DNA of 64,000 bases from Paragordius varius (taxonomy: Eukaryota > Animalia > Nematomorpha). Where the stretch lies: assembly GCA_964247055.1 (NCBI GenBank), contig OZ176051.1, positions 186,001-250,000 on the forward strand, written 5' to 3'. This document shows positions 40,851-55,599 of the stretch, piece by piece. The notes below the pieces were generated by a model that worked only from the letters and a program-made list of their open reading frames with translations, ran no database searches and was not told where the DNA came from. The translations under genes were made by a program, and so were the position numbers. Every line of letters starts with the position of its first letter. Position 1 is the stretch's first letter.

Positions 40851-43800
40851 GGGTAGCCCTATGGTAGTTCCATCATCACCCCAAATATTTTGGGGATCGG
40901 ACTATAAATGTATTTTTTATGAATTTTTTAAATATTTAAAAAATTTATTTTATACGATTTTAAAAATAAAAATGGCTACCTAAAATCCAAATTTGATCAG
41001 GTGATGTCATTATAATTTTTTTGGGTAGCCCTATGGTAGTTCCATCATCACCTCAAATATTTTGGGGATCGGACTATAAATGTAATTTTTATGAATTTTT
41101 TTAATATTTAAAAAATTTATTTTATACGATTTTAAAAATAAAAATGGCTACCTAAAATCCAAATTTGATCAGATAATGTGGCCATAATTTTTTTTGGGTA
41201 GCCCTATGGTAGTTCCATCATCACCCCAAATATTTTGGGGATCGGACTATAAATGTAATTTTTATGAATTTTTTAAATATTCAAAAAATTTATTTTATAC
41301 GATTTTAAAAATAAAAATGGCTACCTAAAATCCAAATTTTATCAGGTGATGTCTTCATAATTTTTTTTGGGTAGCCCTATGGTAGTTCCATCATCACCCC
41401 AAATATTTTGGGGATCGGACTATAAATGTAATTTTTATGAATTTTTTAAATATTTAAAAAATTTATTTTATACGATTTTAAAAATAAAAATGGCTACCTA
41501 AAATCCAAATTTGATCAGGTGATGTCACTATAATTTTTTTGGGTAGCCCTATGGTAGTTCCATCATCACCTCAAATATTTTGGGGATCGGACTATAAATG
41601 TAATTTTTATGAATTTTTTAAATATTTAAAAAATTTATTTTATACGATTTTAAAAATAAAAATGGCTACCTAAAATCCAAATTTGATCAGGTGATGTCAC
41701 CATATTTTTTTTTGGGTAGCCCTATGGTAGTTCCATCATCACCCCAAATATTTTCGAGATCGGAGTATAAATGTAAATTTATGAATTTTTTAAATATTTA
41801 AAAAATTTATTTTATACGATTTTAAAAATAAAAATGGCTACCTAAAATCCAAATTTGTTCAGGTGATGTCGCCATAATTTTTTTTGCGTAGCCCTATGGT
41901 AGTTCTATCATCACCCCAAATATTTTGGGGATCGGACTATAAATGTAATTTTTATGAATTTTTTAAATATTTAAAAAATTTATTTTATACGATTTTAAAA
42001 ATAAAAATGGCTACCTAAAATCCAAATTTGATCAGGTGTTGTCGCCATAATTTTTTTTGGGTAGCCCTATGGTAGTTCCATCATCACCCCAAATATTTTG
42101 GGGATCGGACTATAAATGTAATTTTTATGAATTTTTTAAATATTTAAAAAATTTATTTTATAAGATTTTAAAAATAAAAATGGCTACCTAAAATCCAAAT
42201 TTGATCAGGTGATGTCACCATAATTTATTTGGGTAGCCCTATGGTAGTTCCATCATCACCCCAAATATTTTGGGGATCGGACTATAAATGTAATTTTTAT
42301 GAATTTTTTAAATATTTAAAAAATTTATTTTATACGATTTTAAAAATAAAAATGGCTACCTAAAATCCAAATTTGATCAGATAATGTGGCCATAATTTTT
42401 TTTGGGTAGCCCTATGGTAGTTCCATCATCACCCCAAATATTTTGGGGATCGGACTATAAATGTAATTTTTATGAATTTTTTAAATATTCAAAAAATTTA
42501 TTTTATACGATTTTAAAAATAAAAATGGCTACCTAAAATCCAAATTTTATCAGGTGATGTCTTCATAATTTTTTTTGGGTAGCCCTATGGTAGTTCCATC
42601 ATCACCCCAAATATTTTGGGGATCGGACTATAAATGTAATTTTTATGAATTTTTTAAATATTTAAAAAATTTATTTTATACGATTTTAAAAATAAAAATG
42701 GCTACCTAAAATCCAAATTTGATCAGGTGATGTAGCCATAATTATTTTTGGGTAGCCCTATAGTAGTTCCATCATCACCCCAAATATTTTTGAGATCGGA
42801 GTATAAATGTAATTTTTATGAATTTTTTAAATATTTAAAAAATTTATTTTATACGATTTTAAAAATAAAAATGGCTACCTAAAATCCAAATTTGATCAGG
42901 TGATGTCACCATAATTTTTTTTGGGTAGCCCTATGGTCCATCATCACCCCAAATATTGTCGAGATCGGAGTATAAATGTAATTTTTATGAATTTTTTAAA
43001 TATTTAAAAAATTTATTTTATACGATTTTAAAAATAAAAATGGATACCTAAAATCCAAATTTGATCAGGTGATGTCACTATAATTTTTTTGGGTAGCCCT
43101 ATGGTAGTTCCATCATCACCCCAAATATTTTCGAGATCGGAGTATAAATGTAATTTTTATGAATTTTTTAAATATTTAAAAAATTTATTTTATACGATTT
43201 TAAAAATAAAAATGGCTACCTAAAATCCAAATTTGATCAGGTGATGTCACCATAATTTTTTTGGGTAGCCCTATGGTAGTTCCATCATCACCCCAAATAT
43301 TTTCGAGATCGGAGTATAAATGTAATTTTTATGAATTTTTTAAATATTTAAAAAATTTATTTTATAAGATTTTAAAAATAAAAATGGCTACCTAAAATCC
43401 AAATTTGATCAGGTGATGTCACCATAATTTATTTGGGTAGCCCTATGGTAATTCCATCATCACCCCAAATATTGTCGAGATCGGAGTATAAATGTAATTT
43501 TTTTGAATTTTTTGAATATTTAAAAAATTTATTTTATACGATTTTAAAAATAAAAATGGCTACCTAAAATCCAAATTTGATCAGGTGATGTCACTATAAT
43601 TTTTTTGGGTAGCCCTATGGTAGTTCCATCATCACCCCAAATATTTTCGAGATCGGAGTATAAATGTAATTTTTATGAATTTTTTAAATATTTAAAAAAT
43701 TTATTTTATACGATTTTAAAAATAAAAATGGCTACCTAAAATCCAAATTTGATCAGGTGATGTCGCCATAATTTTTTTTGGGTAGCCCTATGGTAGTTCC

Positions 43801-45029
43801 ATCATCACCCCAAATATTTTGGGGATCGGACTATAAATGTAATTTTTATGAATTTTTTAAATATTTAAAATATTTATTTTATACGATTTTAAAAATAAAA
43901 ATGGCTACCTAAAATCCAAATTTGATCAGGTGATGTCACCATAATTTTTTTGGGTAGCCCAATGGTAGTTCCATCATCACCCCAAATATTTTCGAGATCG
44001 GAGTATAAATGTAATTTTTATGAATTTTTTAAATATTTAAAAAATTTATTTTATACGATTTTAAAAATAAAAATGGCTACCTAAAATCCAAATTTGATCA
44101 GGTGATGTCGCCATAATTTTTTTTGGGTAGCCCTATGGTAGTTCCATCATCACCCCAAATATTTTGGGGATTGGACTATAAATGTAATTTTTATGAATTT
44201 TTTAAATATTTAAAAAATTTATTTTATACGATTAAATAAAAATGGCTACCTAAAATCCAAATTTGATCAGGTGATGTCACCATAATTTTTTTTGGGTAGC
44301 CCTATAGTAGTTCCATCATCACCCCAAATATTTTCGAGATCGGAGTATAAATGTAATTTTTATGAATTTTTTAAATATTTAAAAAATTTATTTTATACGA
44401 TTTTAAAAATAAAAATGGCTACCTAAAATCCAAATTTGATCAGGTGATGTCATCATAATTTTTTTTGGGTAGCCCTATGGTAATTCCATCATCACCCCAA
44501 ATATTGTCGAGATCGGAATATAAATGTAATTTTTATGAATTTTTTAAATATTTAAAAAATTTATTTTATACGATTTTAAAAATAAAAATGGCTACCTAAA
44601 ATCCAAATTTGATCAGGTGATGTCACCATAATTTTCTTTGGGTAGCCCTATAATAATTCCATCATCACCCCAAATATTGTCGAGATCGGAGTATAAATGT
44701 AATTTTTTTGAATTTTTTTAATATTTAAAAAATTTATTTTATACGATTTTAAAAATAAAAATGGCTACCTAAAATCCAAATTTGATCAGGTGATATCACT
44801 ATAATTTTTTTGGGTAGCCCTATGGTAGTTCCATCATCACCCCAAATATTTTCGAGATCGGAGTATAAATGTAATTTTTATTAATTTTTTAAATATTTAA
44901 AAAAATTATTTTATACGATATTAAAAATAAAAATGGCTACCTAAAATCCAAATTTGATCAGGTGATGTCACCATAATTTTTTTTGGGTAGCCCTATGGTA
45001 GTTCCATCATCACCCCAAATATTTTGGGG

Positions 45030-47440
45030 ATTGGACTATAAATGTAATTTTTATGAATTTTTTAAATATTTAAAAAATTTATTTTATACGATTTTAAAAA
45101 TAAAAATGGCTACCTAAAATCCATATTTGATCAGGTGATGTAGCCATAATTATTTTTGGGTAGCCCTATAGTAGTTCCATCATCACCCCAAATATTTTTG
45201 AGATCGGAGTATAAATGTAATTTTTATGAATTTTTTAAATATTTAAAAAATTTATTTTATACGATTTTAAAAATAAAAATGGCTACCTAAAATCCAAATT
45301 TGATCAGGTGATGTCACCATAATTTTTTTTGGGTAGCCCTATGGTCAATCATCACCCCAAATATTGTCGAGATCGGAGTATAAATGTAATTTTTATGAAT
45401 TTTTTAAATATTTAAAAAATTTATTTTATACGATTTTAAAAATAAAAATGGATACCTAAAATCCAAATTTGATCAAGTGATGTCACTATAATTTTTTTGG
45501 GTAGCCCTATGGTAGTTCCATCATCACCCCAAATATTTTCGTGATCGGAGTATAAATGTAATTTTTATGAATTTTTTAAATATTTAAAAAATTTATTTTA
45601 TACGATTTTAAAAATAAAAATGGCTACCTAAAATCCAAATTTGATCAGGTGATGTCACCATAATTTTTTTGGGTAGCCCTATGGTAGTTCCATCATCACC
45701 CCAAATATTTTCGAGATCGGAGTATAAATGTAATTTTTATGAATTTTTTAAATATTTAAAAAATTTATTTTATACGATTTTAAAAATAAAAATGGCTACC
45801 TAAAATCCAAATTTGATCAGGTGATGTCACCATAATTTTTTTTGGGTAGCCCTATGGTAATTCCATCATCACCCCAAATATTGTCGAGATCGGAGTATAA
45901 ATGTAATTTTTTTGAATTTTTTGAATATTTAAAAAATTTATTTTATACGATTTTAAAAATATAAATGGCTACCTAAAATCCAAATTTGATCAGGTGATGT
46001 CACCATAATTTTTTTGGGTAGCCCTATGGTAGTTCCATCATCACCCCAAATATTTTCGAGATCGGAGTATAAATGTAATTTTTATGAATTTTTTAAATAT
46101 TTAAAAAATTTATTTTATACGATTTTAAAAATAAAAATGGCTACCTTAAATCCAAATTTGATCAGGTGATGTCGCCATAATTTTTTTTGGGTAGCCCTAT
46201 GGTAGTTCCATCATCACCCCAAATATTTTGGGGATTGGACTATAAATGTAATTTTTATGAATTTTTTAAATATTTAAAAAATTTATTTTATACGATTTTA
46301 AAAATAAAAATGGCTACCTAAAATCCATATTTGATCAGGTGATGTAGCCATAATTATTTTTGGGTAGCCCTATAGTAGTTCCATCATCACCCCAAATATT
46401 TTTGAGATCGGAGTATAAATGTAATTTTTATGAATTTTTTAAATATTTAAAAAATTTATTTTATACGATTTTAAAAATAAAAATGGCTACCTAAAATCCA
46501 AATTTGATCAGGTGATGTCACCATAATTTTTTTTGGGTAGCCCTATGGTCAATCATCACCCCAAATATTGTCGAGATCGGAGTATAAATGTAATTTTTAT
46601 GAATTTTTTAAATATTTAAAAAATTTATTTTATACGATTTTAAAAATAAAAATGGATACCTAAAATCCAAATTTGATCAGGTGATGTCACTATAATTTTT
46701 TTGGGTAGCCCTATGGTAGTTCCATCATCACCCCAAATATTTTCGTGATCGGAGTATAAATGTAATTTTTATGAATTTTTTAAATATTTAAAAAATTTAT
46801 TTTATACGATTTTAAAAATAAAAATGGCTACCTAAAATCCAAATTTGATCAGGTGATGTCACCATAATTTTTTTGGGTAGCCCTATGGTAGTTCCATCAT
46901 CACCCCAAATATTTTCGAGATCGGAGTATAAATGTAATTTTTATGAATTTTTTAAATATTTAAAAAATTTATTTTATACGATTTTAAAAATAAAAATGGC
47001 TACCTAAAATCCAAATTTGATCAGGTGATGTCACCATAATTTTTTTTGGGTAGCCCTATGGTAATTCCATCATCACCCCAAATATTGTCGAGATCGGAGT
47101 ATAAATGTAATTTTTTTGAATTTTTTGAATATTTAAAAAATTTATTTTATACGATTTTAAAAATATAAATGGCTACCTAAAATCCAAATTTGATCAGGTG
47201 ATGTCACCATAATTTTTTTGGGTAGCCCTATGGTAGTTCCATCATCACCCCAAATATTTTCGAGATCGGAGTATAAATGTAATTTTTATGAATTTTTTAA
47301 ATATTTAAAAAATTTATTTTATACGATTTTAAAAATAAAAATGGCTACCTTAAATCCAAATTTGATCAGGTGATGTCGCCATAATTTTTTTTGGGTAGCC
47401 CTATGGTAGTTCCATCATCACCCCAAATATTTTGGGGATT
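45030..47440. repeat. Tandem duplication of a 7-monomer block (offset 1204 bp)
   Basis: ccaTatttg 45124/46328. atggtcaatc, ggatacc, ttttcgTgatc, aaaaatataaatgg and ctaccTtaaa are each repeated ~1204 bp apart. Confidence 0.92.
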
Positions 47441-50400
47441 GGACTATAAATGTAATTTTTATGAATTTTTTAAATATTTAAAAAATTTATTTTATACGAT
47501 TTTAAAAATAAAAATGGCTACCTAAAATCCAAATTTGATCAGGTGATGTCACCATAATTTTTTTTGGGTAGCCCTATAGTAGTTCCATCATCACCCCAAA
47601 TATTTTCGAGATCGGAGTATAAATGTAATTTTTATGAATTTTTTAAATATTTAAAAAATTTATTTTATACGATTTTAAAAATAAAAATGGATACCTAAAA
47701 TCCAAATTTGATCAGGTGATGTCACTATAATTTTTTTGGGTAGCCCTATGGTAATTCCATCATCACCCCAAATATTGTCGAGATCGGAATATAAATGTAA
47801 TTTTTATGAATTTTTTAAATATTTAAAAAATTTATTTTATACGATTTTAAAAATAAAAATGGCTACCTAAAATCCAAATTTGATCAGGTGATGTCACCAT
47901 AATTTTCTTTGGGTAGCCCTATAATAATTCCATCATCACCCCAAATATTGTCGAGATCGGAGTATAAATGTAATTTTTTTGAATTTTTTTAATATTTAAA
48001 AAATTTATTTTATACGATTTTAAAAATAAAAATGGCTACCTAAAATCCAAATTTGATCAGGTGATGTCACTATAATTTTTTTGGGTAGCCCTATGGTAGT
48101 TCCATCATCACCCCAAATATTTTCGAGATCGGAGTATAAATGTAATTTTTATTAATTTTTTAAATATTTAAAAAAATTATTTTATACGATATTAAAAATA
48201 AAAATGGCTACCTAAAATCCAAATTTGATCAGGTGATGTCACCATAATTTTTTTTTAGTAGCCCTATGGTAGTTCCATCATCACCCCAAATATTTTGGGG
48301 ATTGGACTATAAATGTAATTTTTATGAATTTTTTAAATATTTAAAAAATTTATTTTATACGATTTTAAAAATAAAAATGGCTACCTAAAATCCATATTTG
48401 ATCAGGTGATGTAGCCATAATTATTTTTGGGTAGCCCTATAGTAGTTCCATCATCACCCCAAATATTTTTGAGATCGGAGTATAAATGTAATTTTTATGA
48501 ATTTTTTAAATATTTAAAAAATTTATTTTATACGATTTTAAAAATAAAAATGGCTACCTAAAATCCAAATTTGATCAGGTGATGTCACCATAATTTTTTT
48601 TGGGTAGCCCTATGGTAATTCCATCATCACCCCAAATATTGTCGAGATCGGAGTATAAATGTAATTTTTTTGAATTTTTTGAATATTTAAAAAATTTATT
48701 TTATACGATTTTAAAAATATAAATGGCTACCTAAAATCCAAATTTGATCAGGTGATGTCACCATAATTTTTTTTGGGTAGCCCTATAGTAGTTCCATCAT
48801 CACCCCAAATATTTTCGAGATCGGAGTATAAATGTAATTTTTATGAATTTTTTAAATATTTAAAAAATTTATTTTATACGATTTTAAAAATAAAAATGGC
48901 TACCTAAAATCCAAATTTGATCAGGTGATGTCATCATAATTTTTTTTGGGTAGCCCTATGGTAATTCCATCATCACCCCAAATATTGTCGAGATCGGAAT
49001 ATAAATGTAATTTTTATGAATTTTTTAAATATTTAAAAAATTTATTTTATACGATTTTAAAAATAAAAATGGCTACCTAAAATCCAAATTTGATCAGGTG
49101 ATGTCACCATAATTTTCTTTGGGTAGCCCTATAATAATTCCATCATCACCCCAAATATTGTCGAGATCGGAGTATAAATGTAATTTTTTTGAATTTTTTA
49201 AATATTTAAAAAATTTATTTTATACGATTTTAAAAATAAAAATGGCTACCTAAAATCCATATTTGATCAGGTGATGTAGCCATAATTATTTTTGGGTAGC
49301 CCTATAGTAGTTCCATCATCACCCCAAATATTTTTGAGATCGGAGTATAAATGTAATTTTTATGAATTTTTTAAATATTTAAAAAATTTATTTTATACGA
49401 TTTTAAAAATAAAAATGGCTACCTAAAATCCAAATTTGATCAGGTGATGTCACCATAATTTTTTTTGGGTAGCCCTATGGTAATTCCATCATCACCCCAA
49501 ATATTGTCGAGATCGGAGTATAAATGTAATTTTTTTGAATTTTTTGAATATTTAAAAAATTTATTTTATACGATTTTAAAAATATAAATGGCTACCTAAA
49601 ATCCAAATTTGATCAGGTGATGTCACCATAATTTTTTTGGGTAGCCCTATGGTAGTTCCATCATCACCCCAAATATTTTCGAGATCGGAGTATAAATGTA
49701 ATTTTTATGAATTTTTTAAATATTTAAAAAATTTATTTTATACGATTTTAAAAATAAAAATGGCTACCTTAAATCCAAATTTGATCAGGTGATGTCGCCA
49801 TAATTTTTTTTGGGTAGCCCTATGGTAGTTCCATCATCACCCCAAATATTTTGGGGATTGGACTATAAATGTAATTTTTATGAATTTTTTAAATATTTAA
49901 AAAATTTATTTTATACGATTTTAAAAATAAAAATGGCTACCTAAAATCCAAATTTGATCAGGTGATGTCACCATAATTTTTTTTGGGTAGCCCTATAGTA
50001 GTTCCATCATCACCCCAAATATTTTCGAGATCGGAGTATAAATGTAATTTTTATGAATTTTTTAAATATTTAAAAAATTTATTTTATACGATTTTAAAAA
50101 TAAAAATGGCTACCTAAAATCCAAATTTGATCAGGTGATGTCATCATAATTTTTTTTGGGTAGCCCTATGGTAATTCCATCATCACCCCAAATATTGTCG
50201 AGATCGGAATATAAATGTAATTTTTATGAATTTTTTAAATATTTAAAAAATTTATTTTATACGATTTTAAAAATAAAAATGGCTACCTAAAATCCAAATT
50301 TGATCAGGTGATGTCACCATTTTTTTCTTTGGGTAGCCCTATAATAATTCCATCATCACCCCAAATATTGTCGAGATCGGAGTATAAATGTAATTTTTTT

Positions 50401-52539
50401 GAATTTTTTTAATATTTAAAAAATTTATTTTATACGATTTTAAAAATAAAAATGGCTACCTAAAATCCAAATTTGATCAGGTGATGTCACTATAATTTTT
50501 TTGGGTAGCCCTATGTAGTTCCATCATCACCCCAAATATTTTCGAGATCGGAGTATAAATGTAATTTTTATTAATTTTTTAAATATTTAAAAAAATTATT
50601 TTATACGATATTAAAAATAAAAATGGCTACCTAAAATCCAAATTTGATCAGGTGATGTCACCATAATTTTTTTTGGGTAGCCCTATGGTAGTTCCATCAT
50701 CACCCCAAATATTTTGGGGATTGGACTATAAATGTAATTTTTATGAATTTTTTAAATATTTAAAAAATTTATTTTATACGATTTTAAAAATAAAAATGGC
50801 TACCTAAAATCCATATTTGATCAGGTGATGTAGCCATAATTATTTTTGGGTAGCCCTATAGTAGTTCCATCATCACCCCAAATATTTTTGAGATCGGAGT
50901 ATAAATGTAATTTTTATGAATTTTTTAAATATTTAAAAAATTTATTTTATACGATTATAAAAATAAAAATGGCTACCTAAAATCCAAATTTGATCAGGTG
51001 ATGTCACCATAATTTTTTTTGGGTAGCCCTATGGTCAATCATCACCCCAAATATTGTCGAGATCGGAGTATAAATGTAATTTTTATGAATTTTTTAAATA
51101 TTTAAAAAATTTATTTTATACGATTTTAAAAATAAAAATGGATACCTAAAATCCAAATTTGATCAGGTGATGTCACTATAATTTTTTTGGGTAGCCCTAT
51201 GGTAGTTCCATCATCACCCCAAATATTTTCGAGATCGGAGTATAAATGTAATTTTTATGAATTTTTTAAATATTTAAAAAATTTATTTTATACGATTTTA
51301 AAAATAAAAATGGCTACCTAAAATCCAAATTTGATCAGGTGATGTCACCATAATTTTTTTGGGTAGCCCTATGGTAGTTCCATCATCACCCCAAATATTT
51401 TCGAGATCGGAGTATAAATGTAATTTTTATGAATTTTTTAAATATTTAAAAAATTTATTTTATACGATTTTAAAAATAAAAATGGCTACCTAAAATCCAA
51501 ATTTGATCAGGTGATGTCACCATAATTTTTTTTGGGTAGCCCTATGGTAATTCCATCATCACCCCAAATATTGTCGAGATCGGAGTATAAATGTAATTTT
51601 TTTGAATTTTTTGAATATTTAAAAAATTTATTTTATACGATTTTAAAAATATAAATGGCTACCTAAAATCCAAATTTGATCAGGTGATGTCACCATAATT
51701 TTTTTGGGTAGCCCTATGGTAGTTCCATCATCACCCCAAATATTTTCGAGATCGGAGTATAAATGTAATTTTTATGAATTTTTTAAATATTTAAAAAATT
51801 TATTTTATACGATTTTAAAAATAAAAATGGCTACCTTAAATCCAAATTTGATCAGGTGATGTCGCCATAATTTTTTTTGGGTAGCCCTATGGTAGTTCCA
51901 TCATCACCCCAAATATTTTGGGGATCGGACTATAAATGTAATTTTTATGAATTTTTTAAATATTTAAAAAATTTATTTTATACGATTTTAAAAATAAAAA
52001 TGGCTACCTAAAATCCAAATTTGATCAGGTGATGTCACCATAATTTTTTTGGGTAGCCCAATGGTAGTTCCATCATCACCCCAAATATTTTCGAGATCGG
52101 AGTATAAATGTAATTTTTATGAATTTTTTAAATATTTAAAAAATTTATTTTATACGATTTTAAAAATAAAAATGGCTACCTAAAATCCAAATTTGATCAG
52201 GTGATGTCGCCATAATTTTTTTTGGGTAGCCCTATGGTAGTTCCATCATCACCCCAAATATTTTGGGGATTGGACTATAAATGTAATTTTTATGAATTTT
52301 TTAAATATTTAAAAAATTTATTTTATACGATTTTAAAAATAAAAATGGCTACCTAAAATCCAAATTTGATCAGGTGATGTCACCATAATTTTTTTTGGGT
52401 AGCCCTATAGTAGTTCCATCATCACCCCAAATATTTTCGAGATCGGAGTATGAATGTAATTTTTATGAATTTTTTAAATATTTAAAAAATTTATTTTATA
52501 CGATTTTAAAAATAAAAATGGCTACCTAAAATCCAAATT

Positions 52540-54190
52540 TGATCAGGTGATGTCTCCATAATTTTTTTTGGGTAGCCCTATGGTAGTTCCATCATCACCC
52601 CAAATATTTTGGGGATTGGACTATAAATGTAATTTTTATGAATTTTTTAAATATTTAAAAAATTTATTTTATACGATTTTAAAAATAAAAATGGCTACCT
52701 AAAATCCAAATTTGATCAGGTGATGTCACCATAATTTTTTTTGGGTAGCCCTATGGTAGTTCCATCATCACCCCAAATATTGTCGAGATCGGAGTATAAA
52801 TGTAATTTTTTTGAATTTTTTAAATATTTAAAAAATTTATTTTATACGATTTTAAAAATAAAAATGGCTACCTAAAATCCAAATTTGATCAGGTGATGTC
52901 GCCATAATTTTTTTTGCGTAGCCCTATGGTAGTTCTATCATCACCCCAAATATTTTGGGGATCGGACTATAAATGTAATTTTTATGAATTTTTTAAATAT
53001 TTAAAAAATTTATTTTATACGATTTTAAAAATAAAAATGGCTACCTAAAATCCAAATTTGATCAGGTGATGTCGCCATAATTTTTTTTGGGTAGCCCTAT
53101 GGTAGTTCCATCATCACCCCAAATATTTTGGGGATCGGACTATAAATGTAATTTTTATGAATTTTTTAAATATTTAAAAAATTTATTTTATACGATTTTA
53201 AAAATAAAAATGGCTACCTAAAATCCAAATTTTATCAGGTGATGTCTTCATAATTTTTTTTGGGTAGCCCTATGGTAGTTCCATCATCACCCCAAATATT
53301 TTGGGGATCGGACTATAAATGTATTTTTTATGAATTTTTTAAATATTTAAAAAATTTATTTTATACGATTTTAAAAATAAAAATGGCTACCTAAAATCCA
53401 AATTTGATCAGGTGATGTCATTATAATTTTTTTGGGTAGCCCTATGGTAGTTCCATCATCACCTCAAATATTTTGGGGATCGGACTATAAATGTAATTTT
53501 TATGAATTTTTTTAATATTTAAAAAATTTATTTTATACGATTTTAAAAATAAAAATGGCTACCTAAAATCCAAATTTGATCAGATAATGTGGCCATAATT
53601 TTTTTTGGGTAGCCCTATGGTAGTTCCATCATCACCCCAAATATTTTGGGGATCGGACTATAAATGTAATTTTTATGAATTTTTTAAATATTCAAAAAAT
53701 TTATTTTATACGATTTTAAAAATAAAAATGGCTACCTAAAATCCAAATTTTATCAGGTGATGTCTTCATAATTTTTTTTGGGTAGCCCTATGGTAGTTCC
53801 ATCATCACCCCAAATATTTTGGGGATCGGACTATAAATGTAATTTTTATGAATTTTTTAAATATTTAAAAAATTTATTTTATACGATTTTAAAAATAAAA
53901 ATGGCTACCTAAAATCCAAATTTGATCAGGTGATGTCACTATAATTTTTTTGGGTAGCCCTATGGTAGTTCCATCATCACCTCAAATATTTTGGGGATCG
54001 GACTATAAATGTAATTTTTATGAATTTTTTAAATATTTAAAAAATTTATTTTATACGATTTTAAAAATAAAAATGGCTACCTAAAATCCAAATTTGATCA
54101 GGTGATGTCACCATATTTTTTTTTGGGTAGCCCTATGGTAGTTCCATCATCACCCCAAATATTTTCGAGATCGGAGTATAAATGTAATTT
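52540..54190. repeat. Dispersed copy of block ~40130-41770 (offset ~12411 bp, ~72 monomers)
   Basis: cagAtAatgtGgcc 41173/53584. The ordered markers gtctcc, gcgtag+ttcTatc, ttttatcagg+gtcttcata, aatgtaTtttt, gtcaTtata, atattCaaaa and accatAttt match. Confidence 0.9.
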
Positions 54191-55599
54191 TTATGAATTT
54201 TTTAAATATTTAAAAAATTTATTTTATACGATTTTAAAAATAAAAATGGCTACCTAAAATCCAAATTTGATCAGGTGATGTCGCCATAATTATTTTTGGG
54301 TAGCCCTATAGTAGTTCCATCATCACCCCAAATATTTTTGAGATCGGAGTATAAATGTAATTTTTATGAATTTTTTAAATATTTAAAAAATTTATTTTAT
54401 ACGATTTTAAAAATAAAAATGGCTACCTAAAATCCAAATTTGATCAGGTGATGTCACCATAATTTTTTTTGGGTAGCCCTATGGTAGTTCCATCATCACC
54501 CCAAATATTGTCGAGATCGGAGTATAAATGTAATTTTTATGAATTTTTTAAATATTTAAAAAATTTATTTTATACGATTTTTAAAATAAAAATGGATACC
54601 TAAAATCCAAATTTGATCAGGTGATGTCACTATAATTTTTTTGGGTAGCCCTATGGTAGTTCCATCATCACCCCAAATATTTTCGAGATCGGAGTATAAA
54701 TGTAATTTTTATGAATTTTTTAAATATTTAAAAAATTTATTTTATACGATATTAAAAATAAAAATGGCCACCTAAAATCAAAATTTGATCAGGTAAAGTC
54801 ACCATAATTTTTTTTGGGTAGCCCTATGGTAATTCCATCATCACCCCAAATATTGTCGAGATCGGAATATAAATGTAATTTTTATGAATTTTTTAAATAT
54901 TTAAAAAATTTATTTTATACGATTTTAAAAATAAAAATGGCTACCTAAAATCCAAATTTGATCATTAATTTTTTTTGGGTAGCCCTATGGTAATTCCATC
55001 ATCACCCCAAATATTGTCGAGATCGGAGTATAAATGTAATTTTTTTGAATTTTTTAAATATTTAAAAAATTTATTTTATACGATTTTAAAAATAAAAATG
55101 GCTACCTAAAATCCAAATTTTATCAGGTGATGTCTTCATAATTTTTTTTGGGTAGCCCTATGGTAGTTCCATCATCACCCCAAATATTTTGGGGATCGGA
55201 CTATAAATGTAATTTTTATGAATTTTTTAAATATTTAAAAAATTTATTTTATACGATTTTAAAAATAAAAATGGCTACCTAAAATCCAAATTTGATCAGG
55301 TGATGTCACTATAATTTTTTTGGGTAGCCCTATGGTAGTTCCATCATCACCTCAAATATTTTGGGGATCGGACTATAAATGTAATTTTTATGAATTTTTT
55401 AAATATTTAAAAAATTTATTTTATACGATTTTAAAAATAAAAATGGCTACCTAAAATCCAAATTTGATCAGGTGATGTCACCATATTTTTTTTTGGGTAG
55501 CCCTATGGTAGTTCCATCATCACCCCAAATATTTTCGAGATCGGACTATAAATGTAATTTTTATGAATTTTTTAAATATTTAAAAAATTTATTTTATAC

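Larger units (their letters stand above)
35800..52500. repeat. Domain of complete and truncated copies of a ~14-monomer higher-order repeat
   Basis: An ordered marker series recurs: ttatTaattt+aaaaaatta at 35918, 44882, 48153 and 50572 (last interval 2419 = 14 monomers); ccaTatttg..gtAgcc; the 4-bp deletion atggtc(c/a)atc; atggAtacc; cccAatgg; gtcaTcata; ttttCtttggg..ctataAtaatt. Confidence 0.85.
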
